The notes under the pieces are model-generated. The model was not told the origin of the DNA and did not search any database. It was given only the letters and a program-made list of their open reading frames with translations. From Haliotis cracherodii (lineage: Eukaryota), in the NCBI RefSeq assembly GCF_022045235.1, contig NW_027266308.1, positions 22,382,001 through 22,446,000 on the forward strand: a DNA stretch of 64,000 nt, given 5' to 3'. The translations under genes and the position numbers were made by a program. Below, one piece after another: positions 1-13,230 of this stretch; position 1 is the stretch's first letter, and the number at the start of each line of letters is the position of its first letter.

Positions 1-299
1 GGGCGAACCGATAGACTTCAGGAACCTATCATTTGGTTCACTCAGTCCCAATACATTTATTACACTATGGTTTTGCATGTTGCATGAATACCTACATGTT
101 ATCGTAAAGTTTCAAAAACATATATTGGTATCGTGCCAGAACTATTCGAAATTATAGTATTCTATACATACGATGGTTGATTTATTGACTCACTACCGGC
201 ATTTAAAGCATACCCAATGTACAACATACATACTTTGATGTTGTTCATGACCAAACACCGAACATCTGATATCTTCATCTGAACGTACCAGTTCTTACA

Positions 300-606
300 C
301 GATTAGACACGTTGTAGAATATATCCTCAGCACCCCATTGCAGGTGGGAAGACGTGACCGTATTCGGATACCATGAAGGTCCGGATTAGAATTGATCTGA
401 TACTGATACCCATGAGAGGCGACTAACGGGATCGGGTGGTCAGGCTCGCTGACTTGGTTGATGCATGTCATGGTATCCCAATTGCGTAGATCTATGTTCA
501 TAATGTCAATCACTAGATTGTGTGGTCTGGACTCGATTATTTACATACCGCTGTTATATAGCTGAAACTTTGCCTAGGCGATAAACAACAAACAAACAAA
601 CAACAC
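300..606 (+). mobile_element. SINE-like interspersed repeat with (CAAA)n tail; related copies at ~4575-4780, ~29100-29320, ~36480-36670, ~50150-50370, 50660-50906 (-), ~61920-62010
   Basis: Core GGATCGGGTGGTC(A/C)GGCTCGCTGACTTG..GCATGTC is shared with the reverse complement of 50660-50906; ends in aaacaacaaacaaacaaac. Boundaries approximate. Confidence 0.65.
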
Positions 607-2058
607 AAATACACACGATTCACATTCGTGTTTAATGAACGGTACGGCATGTTGCGATCATATTCTAACCCGGATTCCCCACGAGGTGTAAATACAAAAG
701 CATCAAAGCCAGAGATTACCCCATCTTTCGATTATCCGCCGAAACAGAATCCATTGGACGTAAAAGGCCAAATAAAACACGCTTTTGGAAATATGTTTAT
801 TACATTGTCCAACAGACACCCATAAGTGATATTTATCTCGTCAGGCGAGCATGCGTCACATGGGTAACGTACCGGTCATGAGACACCGGGTGTATTCTAT
901 TTCCGATGACTGTTGGTTTGAATTTGGTTTTTGGATATATGTGACTGCACCCGCATTTTGTGATTCCAAACTATATTTATGCAATGAAGTCTTTGAACGG
1001 CATTTAGAAGTTGGTAGAATATGACGACATGAAACTGTTTTATGGATAACAGCATCTTTATTGTCTGGCACATTTCAGGGGAATCTGTGCAGTATGTTAA
1101 AGTTTTAGACAAACTAAGGCTAACAATAAATCCATCATATGTCTCGAATTCTTACAGCTACAAATGTTTTTAGCCACTTTTGCATAAGGAGAATTATCTA
1201 TCTTTAACCACACCTTCCACATGAAACTCATTGATAGCTAAATTCGTATGCAGTCATTCCAGCTTGCACAAAGTCTTGAAGAGATTAATAGACACCATTT
1301 AAAGAAAGCTTATGTATATATTTGAAAATGAAACAGTAAACGTTTTAAAGATTAAAGATTATATTTGTTGTAAATTATATAAGAAATGAGTGCAACTCAC
1401 CTCCTCTTCATAATTCAGAACACAAGCTTAATGTAATATGGTATGTACCCGGTAGAAGGAATGAAATTATTCTAACATTTTTATGGTATTTGTGAATAAA
1501 CTCAGGAAATACATTCATATGTCACAACAGAAACGGGATCATGAATTTGTCCTTCCTTATATTAAATATATATATTTACTTCAACATCACTTCTAACTGT
1601 ATTTATTTAAGGATTATGGCCCCATTTCTGAAGAAAACTGTCTTCTATCTCCATAGATGCGAAACGTTCTCTATGCTTGTATCCTAACCCTTTCACCCTT
1701 TCTAATAATGGTATCATGTCAGGTAAAGAAGTAGTCAGGGCTTTCTACTGGAAGTGCATGTTCAATTTCTCATTATAATAAACTCGAGGTTAGAGATGTT
1801 GTGAGCTGGTTGTGCATTGAGGAATGGTTTCTGGAACATTTACTCAGAAATATTCTCATACTTTAGGTTATTTGCCATTATTATTAGTCTAAATTGAAAT
1901 CCATCTTTAATGAAACAATTAGATTTAAGTGTAGCGAACTTATGACTAAGTTTCTGGGGCTTTGAGTTGCATGTGTGCAAATATGTAACTGTTTTTTATT
2001 ACGTGTAAAAACATTTTTTTAACATTTGTCCTCAACAAATATGCAGAAAATATTTGTA

Positions 2059-3568
2059 TGCTGAAAGGCAAAAGAAACGTCTCTTCTGAAAATACTGATA
2101 AAACTTAACAGACACTGGCAGTTACATGTTCTGTGGTCAATAAACTCATTTAACGTTCTACTGCTTCTTTTTGTTGCCTTAAAGTCCATTTAACAATTGA
2201 GTTTAAAATGGAGTGCTTTGCCCAAACGCAGAGGAAAAGTCTTGTCAAAAACATGATGCACGTGCATATCGTGGATGGTATGGGTATAAAAGACACCCAA
2301 AACTGTTAAGCTGGCTTTCGTTGTTTCGATTAATCAGCCATGCCAAGATTATCAGGAAATGAGAGACAACAAGCGATCGGAAGACTGCAAGCAGGCCAGA
2401 GTGCACAGGTCGTTGCAAATGCATTCAATGTCAACGTCAGAACGATATATCGTTTGCAACATCGCCACAACACCACCAACACCACCGACGACCGGCCGCG
2501 TAGTGGTCGTACTAGAGTCACTACTTCCGGACAAGATCGGTTCATGACACGCCAACATCTGCAGAACCGATTCCGAATGGCCACTGAAACAGCTCGGCAA
2601 ACCATTGGCAACCACCAGCGTGCCATCAGTGATCGTACAGTCCGACGTCGCATAACTGCCAACAACATCTCGTGCCACCGTCCTGCCCGTGTACCCTACC
2701 TGAGAGATCGTCACCGACAGGCCCGACTGCAATGGGCCAGGCAGCATCAAAATTGGCGTCAACAGCAATGGAGAAGAATCATCTTCATTGTTTTAAGTTG
2801 CTACTGTGTTTCAACGGTGGTTGGCAGAGCCAGGGTCTGGCGAAGGAGGGGCGAACGTTGTGCTGATACTTGTGTTATGGAACGAGATCCGTGGGGCGGC
2901 CCAAGCATCATGGTTTGGGGTGGAATCGGACTGAACCAGAGAGTGGGACCTGTGGTCTTTAGTTATTGGTCAAGGCAGGGGTAATGGCATCACAGCTCTC
3001 CGCTACATTGACCTAGTCCTCAGACCCCATATCGTGCCTTTTTTTGCCCGTCATCACAACAACACCTTTCAGCAAGACAACGCCCGTCCCCACACTGCCA
3101 GAGTCACCAGGGACTTCCTCCAGCAGCACAACATCCAAATCATGCCTTGGCCTACCCTCAGTCCGGATTTGAATCCCATTGAACACTTGTGGGGTGAGAT
3201 CCAACGCCGACTCAACGACGTACGCCCAAGGCCGACAACTGCAGCAGAACTGCGTGTAGCGTTCCTGGGGATATGGGCCCAGATCCCAATGGCCTTCATC
3301 AACAGGCTAGTCCACTCCCTGTACAGAAGATGTGTGGCTGTAGTCAACGCCCATGGTGGCCACACCAGGTACTGATTTGGAACCCCCCAGCTGTGATGCT
3401 TTCTGGTGCCTCCCCAAATTCACAATTCGCAAAAACATTCCCCAGACTGTTAATTTCATGTGGGTCAAACTCTGACTTTCTCCAATGTCTTTACTTACAT
3501 ATATACGCATTTGAAAATAAAGATATTGATATGATACATCCACATGACGTTTCTTTTGCCTTTCAGAG
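2059..3568 (+). mobile_element. Tc1/mariner DNA transposon (DD34E), full length but inactivated
   Basis: 23-bp TIRs 2059-2081 and 3546-3568 (core CTGAAAGGCAAAAGAAACGTC), TA on both flanks; encloses transposase remnants. Confidence 0.93.
2340..3375 (+). pseudogene. Tc1 transposase, frameshifted near 2960
   Basis: HTH N-terminus, RPRSGR, GGPSIMVWGGI, FQQDNARPH and SPDLNPIEH with 34 residues between D and E. First catalytic motif is degraded (IIFIVLS instead of FSDES). Split across ORFs 2340-2984 and 3034-3375. Confidence 0.92.
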
Positions 3569-3674
3569 TATTTCAATGTTGACAACTGTTGGCTACATAG
3601 CACGTGAGCTACAATGCCATGCGGTGCATCGTTTCTTCTGGGAGAAATGCGTTTTTGCCAATAACCACACCGCT

Positions 3675-6600
3675 CTAGTTTACATTGATTTGTAGCGCTG
3701 TTGATTTCCTCTGTTTTTGTATGAGGATCGCCATCACTCTGAAACATAACAACTATATACCATAGGGACATAACCATATCACATCTGATTTTTAACTTCA
3801 TCTATATAGATAAAACCCCAATATTGACTGTACATTTGGTCGCTTAGTTTTAGTGATATGTTTGGGAATAGACATGCATACAAGTTCAGCTTAGATAGAT
3901 ACAAGAAATAACTGGTTATATTTACGTTGACAACAATAAATGAATTATAATATGGCTCTATGGACTACAAGGCCTCACAGATTAACCAGTGACGACACCA
4001 GACGAACCAGGGTCCATAAGCTAGATCACAACAAACTAAGTATTAGAATCTTCTCCCAAAACCTTTGTTTTTATGTATAGTTTATTATCTACGCTCACAA
4101 ACAGATCAGATGCATATACGATTTGGGGATATATGAACTCTCTGATAAGGCTCTGCGGAAGGTGGAGCACAAGAAATAGATATAGATAAAATAAATAGAT
4201 ATGATCTATCGTATCTTTACAGTGATAAGAAAAACAAATAATCCCTGTATTGGTATATATTTACTCACATGAACACAATCAGGGCAATGCCATTGGTGGC
4301 AGCATAGGACATGTAGACAGCGCCCCGCCAGAAGGTGACAGTCACCTGGTAGATGTTGTTGTAGAGAACAGCTGCCACCACAGAACACAACGCCTGCACC
4401 ACTGCCAGACTCGCGAATATCGCCCCTGTCAAGTACACAGTAGTTCATACACGGCCAGTGAATAAATAGAGACGCAAACATCGTCCTGTCAAGTATACCG
4501 AGTTTCATAACAATCCAGTGAATAAACAGACACTGGGATATCTGTAATGTTATTACTTATACATACCTTGTCACCCCGTGGGGATTCCGGGCTAGAAAAT
4601 GTCAACCTATGCTGTTCGTAAAGGATCGAGTGGCCAGGCTCGGACATCGTACCTCGACGGCGTTGCTTGCTGCTAATAACGTGTGTATCAATTACTGGAT
4701 TGTCGGTCCCAGACATGATTTTTAAAGGCTTCATTTCGACAGAATACTTCTTAATGCAGCGTTAAACAACAAGCAAAACAAGCCATACCCTCTGTCTACC
4801 AAACAAAATACCTTGTCTATTTGATGGCAGTTGCTTGGACAGAATACTCCGGGCCATTGGTGTTGGAAGAAAACCGACGATAGCAACGCCAGGATCTGTA
4901 ACGCATAACTGACATGTAGTGATGGCAACATTAAGATAAGTATGTTACCGCTCTGACATGATATATGCTCTTCAACAGCAAAAATGTTACAATGAACATA
5001 TATGGGTAACTATTTATTATATCTAAGGTATCAACATTGGTGACTATCGATAATTAGCCTGTACTCACAGCTTAAAAGGACAAATATCGCAAAAAACACA
5101 ATCGAACAGAAAGAGTGACATTAAAAGCATCGAATATTCTGTACGCAGAACTTAATACGCAGTCTGTATTTCTTTATGTTTGTGATTTTTAAAAAAATGT
5201 TGAATTATTGCATTAAATTATGTTTAAAATTTATAACCATGTTATCATGTAAAAGCCACACACAAACGATGCATGTGACACATACACACACGCCTCCACC
5301 CTATGATCTAAGGGACGCAACTCCTACACTACACCATGAACAAAGCTGCATAACAGATACTGAATAGTGAGAGAGTGAGTTGGGTTTAACGCCGCTTTTA
5401 ACAGTATTCCAGTTATATCACGGCGTGTCAGCTTAATGTGGGAGGAAAGCCCGAAGTGATGCAGGTCTCAGACGTTTACCACTTCGGTAAAACCCACGGG
5501 CATGGGTATGGTGCTGACAAACCTAGAAACATAATCGGGGCGAACCGATCATAGGTTTCTGGCGTGCCCAAGGGACGCGACTCTGCACAGCGAATCGCGG
5601 CGCCTTAGACGACTGGGCCACCCGTGCCCCCAGATACTGAATAACACGAGTCTGTTTATAATGAAAATACTTACATCCAAGATACAGCATCCACTCGACC
5701 GATGCGAAGGCGAACAACATTTCTCCCCCAGCGTTAGAGATCAAACCTAGCATCCCCATGGTGATGTCAGAGCAGCAACATTGTAAGAGACGGACGATCG
5801 CTACACCAAATGTTTTCCTCACTACAGTGCTGATCGTGTCATATATACCCATCTTCTCAGGACTCCAACAGAACGGCAGGTTCATGAAGAACAATGTGTC
5901 TATGTTAGATCCTCCTTCGTCACTCAAAGACGAGAAGAAGAACACACACAGACCAAGCCAGAAGATAGCACGTTTCAAAACAGTACCACCAAAGTATATG
6001 TCAGTTATATTGCGCATGCCATGCAATAGGGATTTGCTACTCTCTTTGTCATTAGAATCTGTTGGTTTGGCACTCTCTATGAAACATACCACCAGCAACA
6101 TATCAAACAATGTCACCGCTGCGGATGTAAGGGAAGGATAGAAGAACCCAGTGTTTTGAATGAAATAGCCAGTAGCTGTTGAAGCAAATGACTCTGACAG
6201 ACCTATTACACATTCCAGGATGACTATGTTCAAACTCCTGCTCTGTTCGGGAGGTGTGTGGTCTGCTGTATAGGCCATGGTGGCCAGCATAAAGCCCCAT
6301 CCACCGCCAAGTAAACCATCCACACCCGTAGCTAAGAAGAAGTAATTCAAATCCAGGCGCCAATGGATTATCACTGCAGTCATAGCGTTGCGCAATAAAT
6401 GGCCAGCCATTGGACAAAGGAATAGAAATTTTCTCCCAATGATGTCCGAGTACGATCCAAGAATGATGTTGCTGAAGACGGCGATACCGGCTGAAGTACT
6501 GGAATACTGCCATAACTTGGTAGAGGCGATCTGTTGAGCCTTCTCCTGAAGACGGTATCCTTCATCAGACGTGTTCTGGAAGCAGGGAGCCAGAACAGTG

Positions 6601-6791
6601 AAGTTCTTGATGCGAGTGTCATTCCCGAATACGGAGTCTGCCACACGATGGTAGATGTATTGACTCATCACAGGCATGTAGATATGCGTGCCCGACGCCA
6701 ACAAACAAACAATTATGTTGTTAATAACCAAACTTTTAACATTCACCTTGGTGCCGGGTGACACCTTCTCAAGGAGAGGTGTTGTTTCCAT
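3675..6791 (-). CDS. SLC46-family MFS transporter, paralog 1 (~473 aa); exons 6791-5675, 4895-4812, 4425-4269, 3738-3675
   Basis: METTPLL start, GSYSDIIGRK (MFS motif A), AYTADHTP, PFCWS. GT-AG introns; 84- and 157-bp internal exons; spliced frame is open to TAG. Confidence 0.9.
5367..5630 (-). mobile_element. tRNA-derived SINE in intron 1 of paralog 1
   Basis: 13-bp TSD CAGATACTGAATA (5354-5366, 5631-5643); tRNA-like head GGGGCACGGGTGGCCCAGTCGTCTAAGGCG; (ACTC)n tail; partial second copy at ~62527-62660. Confidence 0.85.
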
Positions 6792-7612
6792 GTTTACTTG
6801 TAATGCATTGACACAATTATAGACCGTTCGATATGTGTCTCCTTTAGGTGATGATACTGAAATCAAACCTTGACTCACTCTATATGAACGGTTATCTGTA
6901 TACACGAGGATAGCGGCTGATAACTGATTGTTGATCACAACAATATATAATCAGGTATTTGTGTCAATTGTTAAATGCAACCTATTTACGACATGCACAT
7001 TCCTGCACCAAACTGTTTTTCCTGGTCTTCACATCTGCATTCAGGATTATAGATAAAAATAATTGTTTTTCTAAGAGCAATCTTGACGTTAGAAGTTATT
7101 AACGCATTGGCGATATCTCAGCTGTATAGCGACAATAGCATTTAAGACCGGGAAAAACATACATACGTATCCGAAAGTCTATTCATCCACCTCTGGTGAT
7201 TCCAACCGACCGATCCTACTTTACTGGTGTACAATTTTTGTCTCGTTAGCGATTACTGACGGTTCTGTTGATAAATACTCCATGGGAATTCCGGTGCAGA
7301 ATAGGCCTCCACAGTCCCATACTTGTTGAATGTGCCGATTCATGACGATAGTTCCAATGTGTCTTCTGGCTTGTTGCGGGTCACCGTCCCCCGGCGGCAT
7401 GAATCGTTGTTCATGCTATCAACCACTGTTTTACCTGACCGCGAGTATTTACAAGCCGTCTTGGTATACGTAAAACAACATTCACTCACCAAACTTTGTT
7501 ATAATTTGTATTCATTCTTTCTGTCCGTCTTGTCACCGTCTAACATTTTTATGACGTTTTACAATATTATAAAATGATAATACACCTTCCAAAAGCCCGT
7601 GTTAGATTTGGT

Positions 7613-8768
7613 TAAGGGTGAAACGATACACCGATATTCCGATGCATCGCGATACTTGACCCACGATACGATATACGATAAACGTGGGCCCATTTATCGA
7701 TACACCACGATACGGAACGCAAATCTCAAGTACTGCGTTTCCTCGCTATTGTGCCTTTCAATAAACCGCTAACTTGGTTATAACGCGCTAACGCATGGCT
7801 CCCCAAAACGTACTTACATTTTTAATAAGCTCAGGTTTTACACCGACAGATGTTTTTTCCGCCATCTCATAAAACATTATCAGCTGATCACCGCAAGCAC
7901 ATAACACCGAAAATACCAGTCAGCAAATCCGAACTGAAGTACGCAATTCATTACTATTATTATACTATCTTGTTATTAAAACGTATTTATTGTATATCTG
8001 GTCTTGTGTTTGTAATATCTTCTATTAATTTTATTCAAAATTTCATTTAATATTGTAATAAGTTATGTGAAATCGTGTGTGAAGAGATACAGCAACCATG
8101 GTCAGATTACCGCTTTTGACGCATTGAAACGAACTTTAGTTGCTAGAGAATGGATACATATATTAAAAATGCCATACTTTGACTCGTTAAAAGTCATATT
8201 TGTGGCAATTTGGCTAATATATGTCAACATAACGTTTTCGCAATCGAAATACATGTAGCCCGGGAAGGCCCTAGGGTGACTGGTCAAATTGTTCCATACA
8301 TAAAAATATCCTGCAACAGCAATCACCAGTACCAAAATGCTACACTTGTGGTTCATATAATTTTAAATATATATATAGTAAAAGCTGCAACTAAGGTAAC
8401 ACGATATTGGAATATATTATTCCTGCTAAAACAATCATTTCAGATACAATTTCTTCGACCATTGCGTCAAATTCTTTGAAGTTGTATCACTGGTGGAGTA
8501 CATTAATTATTTTCTGGTGTTTGAACTTTAAATTGTTTTGAAGGAAAGTTAGAGAAAGTTCCACTTTGAAGCTGAACAACTTCAGTTGTCTTGTTATCAT
8601 AAAATAATTTTGACTGTTCCAAAATCATGAAAGGTTCAAACTTAACATGCTTTAAGTCTTGTTTTTTATCATTGCGTATCGAGATACGTATCGAGATACG
8701 TATCGTATCGTGACCAGAATATCGAGATGTGTATCGTATCGTGACCCTTCTGTATCGTTGCAGCCCTA
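7613..8768. mobile_element. Non-autonomous hAT-type DNA transposon
   Basis: 8-bp TSD GATTTGGT (7605-7612, 8769-8776); imperfect TIRs TAAGGGTGAAACGATACA / TAGGGCTGCAACGATACA; subterminal CGATAC repeats at both ends; no transposase ORF. Confidence 0.88.
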
Positions 8769-8969
8769 GATTTGGTCACAGCAACCAATGCTACATGTGA
8801 GAGGCGACTAAATAGATCGCGAGATCGCGAGCTCAGGTNNNNNNNNNNNNNNNNNNNNNNNNNNNNNNNNNNNNNNNNNNNNNNNNNNNNNNNNNNNNNN
8901 NNNNNNNNNNNNNNNNNNNNNNNNNNNNNNNNNNNNNNNNNNNNNNNNNNNNNNNNNNNNNNNNNNNNN

Positions 8970-9231
8970 AAATACATACATACAGAAATACATACATTAA
9001 TGCAAACACAGATACAGAAATACATTCAGAAATACATACAGAAATACATACATACAGAAATACATACACACAGAAATACACACTTATGCATACATACATA
9101 TATACTGAAGTACATAGAGAAATACATACATACAGAAATACATACAGAAATACATACATACAGAAATACATAGAGAAATTCATACATACAGAAATACAGA
9201 AATACATATATACATACATACAGGAATACAT
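8970..9231. repeat. (CATA)n/(CATACAGAAATA)n simple repeat next to an assembly gap
   Basis: Directly visible 4/12-bp periodicity. Confidence 0.9.
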
Positions 9232-12200
9232 TCGGGTTGTTTTTGTTTTTGTGTGGGTTCTTTTCGGGTTGAGTGGGTAACGAGCTTTCACTGTATGGTG
9301 TTACGTTTTACCCTCTGTACCTCTCTTAGTGTAACATGTAATTTTACTCTCAAAACAACACACACGAGTACAAGAGCACAGTTTACATAATATTTACAAT
9401 TATATACAAAATTGCGCCTTTTGAAAGACAATCCCATCAATACTTTGCTGACAGTAATGAGATAAATATCTTTTAGTAGTGTAGGTCATAACAACACGTC
9501 TATATTCATTTTCGCTTGGCCAATAAAAACCTTTCTGTAAATACATGTACAAATATATCTATGAGAACTATAATAAGGACATCTGAATAGATAGTGAAAT
9601 CCACATTAGATGAATGGACGCACATATGTTCTGTAACAGTTAAATGTAAATGCACTTGTCCATCCAAGGTTGATCAGGGAGCAAAATGTGGATTCATGTT
9701 TATTTATAGTTTGTTCTTTATGTTGTTTATTTCATATTTAGGTTAGTATATGGTGTAGAATAAAAGAAATAATCTTACATATTTTTCAGGTCAGTGAAAT
9801 TGAGTTATTCATTTAATTACCTGGCATATGCATACCAGATAACAAATGGCCATTTTGACGAGTGTAACAGCCGGCACTTATCGGAAGGATAAGCAGGTCA
9901 TATCTAATAGTAGCATGTGTTATATGACAGATCAAATGCTGGCACAAACAGAATAATAATTTGAATCAAGCTGGGGTTTGAACTCATCATCAACTGACTG
10001 GTCCGTAGACGTCGATGAAGGGATACGCACTTGGTTAATTTCGTAAGCATGCAGGCCTTCGGTTTATAATCACACAAATACATACGATGCATGTACAGTA
10101 TCAAGCATCATATGCACAACTTGGACACATTAGATGATCGTGACATGTCATTTCAGGGCGTTTTCATTTTGTTAGTGACATGTAAATATAGAACTTTTTG
10201 AATGCATCATACCGTCTGTTTTGTAGTGGGGGTACTTCCAAATATACATCTAAATATTCTCTTTACATAACCACCTTTACATCAGAACAGAACAGCAGAA
10301 TTTCTGGATGTTTTCACAGCAGACGCAATATCGTAATTAGTTTCCGGTATAGCAAGACATAGTAACCCTTTCCGCGAACACCTGGTGTCATTGCTAATAT
10401 ACAGTAATTCATTGACTTCATTTGACTTTAACACCCAATGGAATCTGTTTAGGATACTGGTTATTCTCTAAACTTTACGTTATATAATTACTTTAACTGG
10501 GTCGATGTTTCTGCTAGTGGACTGCATGCCTCTTTACAAGAAATGGTCACTGATTTCACGTACACATCGCAGATTTAAAATTACGCAAGCTATTTCCAAA
10601 AACATCCAGGCAGATATTATTTTCTCAGATCATAGAATATGAGCAAATTAATAGATTATGGAATTCGCTCCCTGTACACTTATTGCAAGCTGGACATTTT
10701 GTAGGTTATGTTTCTATAGCTAAGTATCTTCTTTTCATTGTTTTTCGTTTTAAAAAGACCAGCTCGAAATGTTACAATAATCATTATGATTCTAAGCATG
10801 CTGTCAGTTAAACTGGTGACTTGTAAAGATCAATGAAATGAGAAATGAGTATTGAATTAATAGTAGACCACATGAATAGTAGAATAGTATGGCACCCACA
10901 TTTATCGAAATACAATATCATCTTTTATGTAACCAGTCACAAGCAAAATGTCTTACATTTCAGAAAATAATTGAATATCACTATTGCCATTGGAAATAAC
11001 TTCATTTGATGCACGTTTGAAGAGTTAAAAGAGAGATTAATAAACATCCTAGACGTAACTAGTTGAACAATCAAAAAATCTGTTAAACTTATATAGCCTC
11101 TTACACAGGATCTAACGCATTCATGTATACTTCGTATAGCTTTCAGTTTAACAACTTGCTATTCGGAGCACTCAACACATGTGTCTGCTGCTTCATTTAT
11201 AGCAATATTATCAAAACTCATGAAACAATTAGCGGACACCAGCAAAGCTTATATATAATCCATTTACCGACATTCCATACTCCACTGGCATTCAAATGAT
11301 TGATTGTTTAGGTTTGGTCTCCATCGTGTGTTGAACTGTCACGGTTGATATAGCCTGAACAGCAGTATGAACTGTCAGCATCTGATCAAACAAAACGAGC
11401 CTGCTCACACATGTAGACCACTTGTTCATCAGCTCTTATAACCAGCAGGGGGTTGTTGTGAGCTATTCCGACTACGTCACGGCGAGGAACGAGCAAGTGG
11501 GCATCCACACAACTAAAGCTGGTAATGTTGTAAAAAATATTTGCATTTGGTGTATAAGACTGTGATCTGTTATGCGTTTAGTGGACAATCTTTTACACAC
11601 ATCCAATCACTTGGAAATCTTAGTATCCATCAATGTGTCAAGATCACAGATAATCTTGTATATTTTAATTATATGTTAGTACTTCAGATAGATGTATTAC
11701 GGTACGGTTACATTAGTATATTAAGCTTAGCGGGTTGTTTTTAGATATTGTCAGGTAATACTATGGGAACAGGTTAGGTTCAGGGAAGCGTGACTGGGTA
11801 CGGGTGATGGCTGGGGAGTTAATTGGTGTAACAATAGGGAGGTCAGGGGTAGCTTGGGCTTTGGGGTCAGTTTAAATAGCGGGGCAGGGTAATAATTAGT
11901 CCTGCACCATGACCGTGGAATATATTTATTTTATGAAAAAATAATAATCTAGAAATGCATACAATGTGTAATATAAGATTTCAGAGACTAAATGTTAGTC
12001 TAGGTAATAATTTGTACAGTCAGCCAGAATCAGCATGGTCATGTAAGGCATGGACTAATATTGTGGGAGACTTCTACTCTGGTTGGCGTAAGTTTTTTTT
12101 ACATTTATTGTTTCATGTTGAATTTTATTTTAGAGGATAGAATTTTGAGTTATGTATTTTTTCCAAACGTAATTATATACACATATTGATGGTAATAGCG

Positions 12201-12389
12201 TAAAGCCACTGTAACAAATAACCACAACATGATCAAAGTATAAACAGTTCAACTCAGTAATATGTAAATCGGAGTATTGGTGCATGGCTGTATGTATTGT
12301 GAGGTAGTGACACATTCCTCAGTGACTGTAATTGCTTATATTACATTGTAGTGTCCCGGAACTACGCGAATGTAGCATGGAAGGATGAA

Positions 12390-13230
12390 AGAATTTTTCC
12401 TTGTAACGTATAGGAAGGGGTTTATCATAGCAGTGTAGAGGAAGAAGTTTATCATTGCAGTGCAGAGCAAGAGATTTATCTTTGCAGTGTTGCAGATAGG
12501 GTTAATCATTGCAGGGTGGGCGGAATAGTTCATCATGGCATTGTGTAGGAAAGGGTTTATCAGTGCATTGTAGAGGACATAGATCAACATTGCAGGGGTG
12601 AGAAAAGAATTCATTATTGCAGTGTAGAGGAAGAGGTTTATTATTGCAGTCCAGAGCAAGAGGTTTATCATTGCAGTGTTGATGAAAGAGTTAATCATAC
12701 ATATATATGGAATAATTCATCGTGGCATTGTGTAGAAAAGAATTTATCAATGCAGTGTAGAGGAAAGAGATTATCACTGCAGGAGGGAGAAAAGAAGTTA
12801 TTATTGCATTGTAGAGGAAAGAGAATATTATTGCAGTGTAGAGGAAGAAGTTTATCATTGTTATGTAGAAGGAAAAGGTTATTATTGAAGTGTGGAGGAA
12901 GAAGTCTTTCATCGCAGTGTAGATTCAGTATTGCAGTATAGACGGAGTGGTTTATCTTTGCAGTGTGGACGGAGAGGTTCAATACTGTAGTGTAGAGAAA
13001 GACGTTTATCATTGCAGTATAGAAGAAGACGTTTATCATTGCAGCGTGGAGAAAGCACTTATCATTGCAGTTTATCGGAAAGAGTTTATCATTGCAGCGT
13101 GGAGGAAGCAGTTTATCATTGCAGCGTGGAGAAAGCAGTTTATCATTGCAGTTTATCGGAAAGAGTTTATCATTGCAGTTTATCGGAAAGAGTTTATTAT
13201 TGCAGTATAGAGGAAGTAGTTTTCATTGAT
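12390..13230. repeat. Degenerate 26-27-bp minisatellite (TTTATCATTGCAGTGTAGAGGAAGAAG), ~30 units
   Basis: Visible periodicity; 9-aa period in overlapping ORFs; remnant units at ~13870-13920. Confidence 0.85.

Noticed and set aside
856-1760. Candidate last exon of paralog 1 beyond the Tc1
   Set aside because: Acceptors tried there give immediate stops; 3738-3675 fits phase and resembles the other exon 4 starts.
5523-6938. Single-exon SLC46 ORFs as called in the track (also 14897-16165, 20418-21617, 26797-27936, 47916-49097, 54604-55830)
   Set aside because: C-terminal tails are intron read-through past the conserved donor after WM(L/M)Y; TM10-12 lie in downstream exons.
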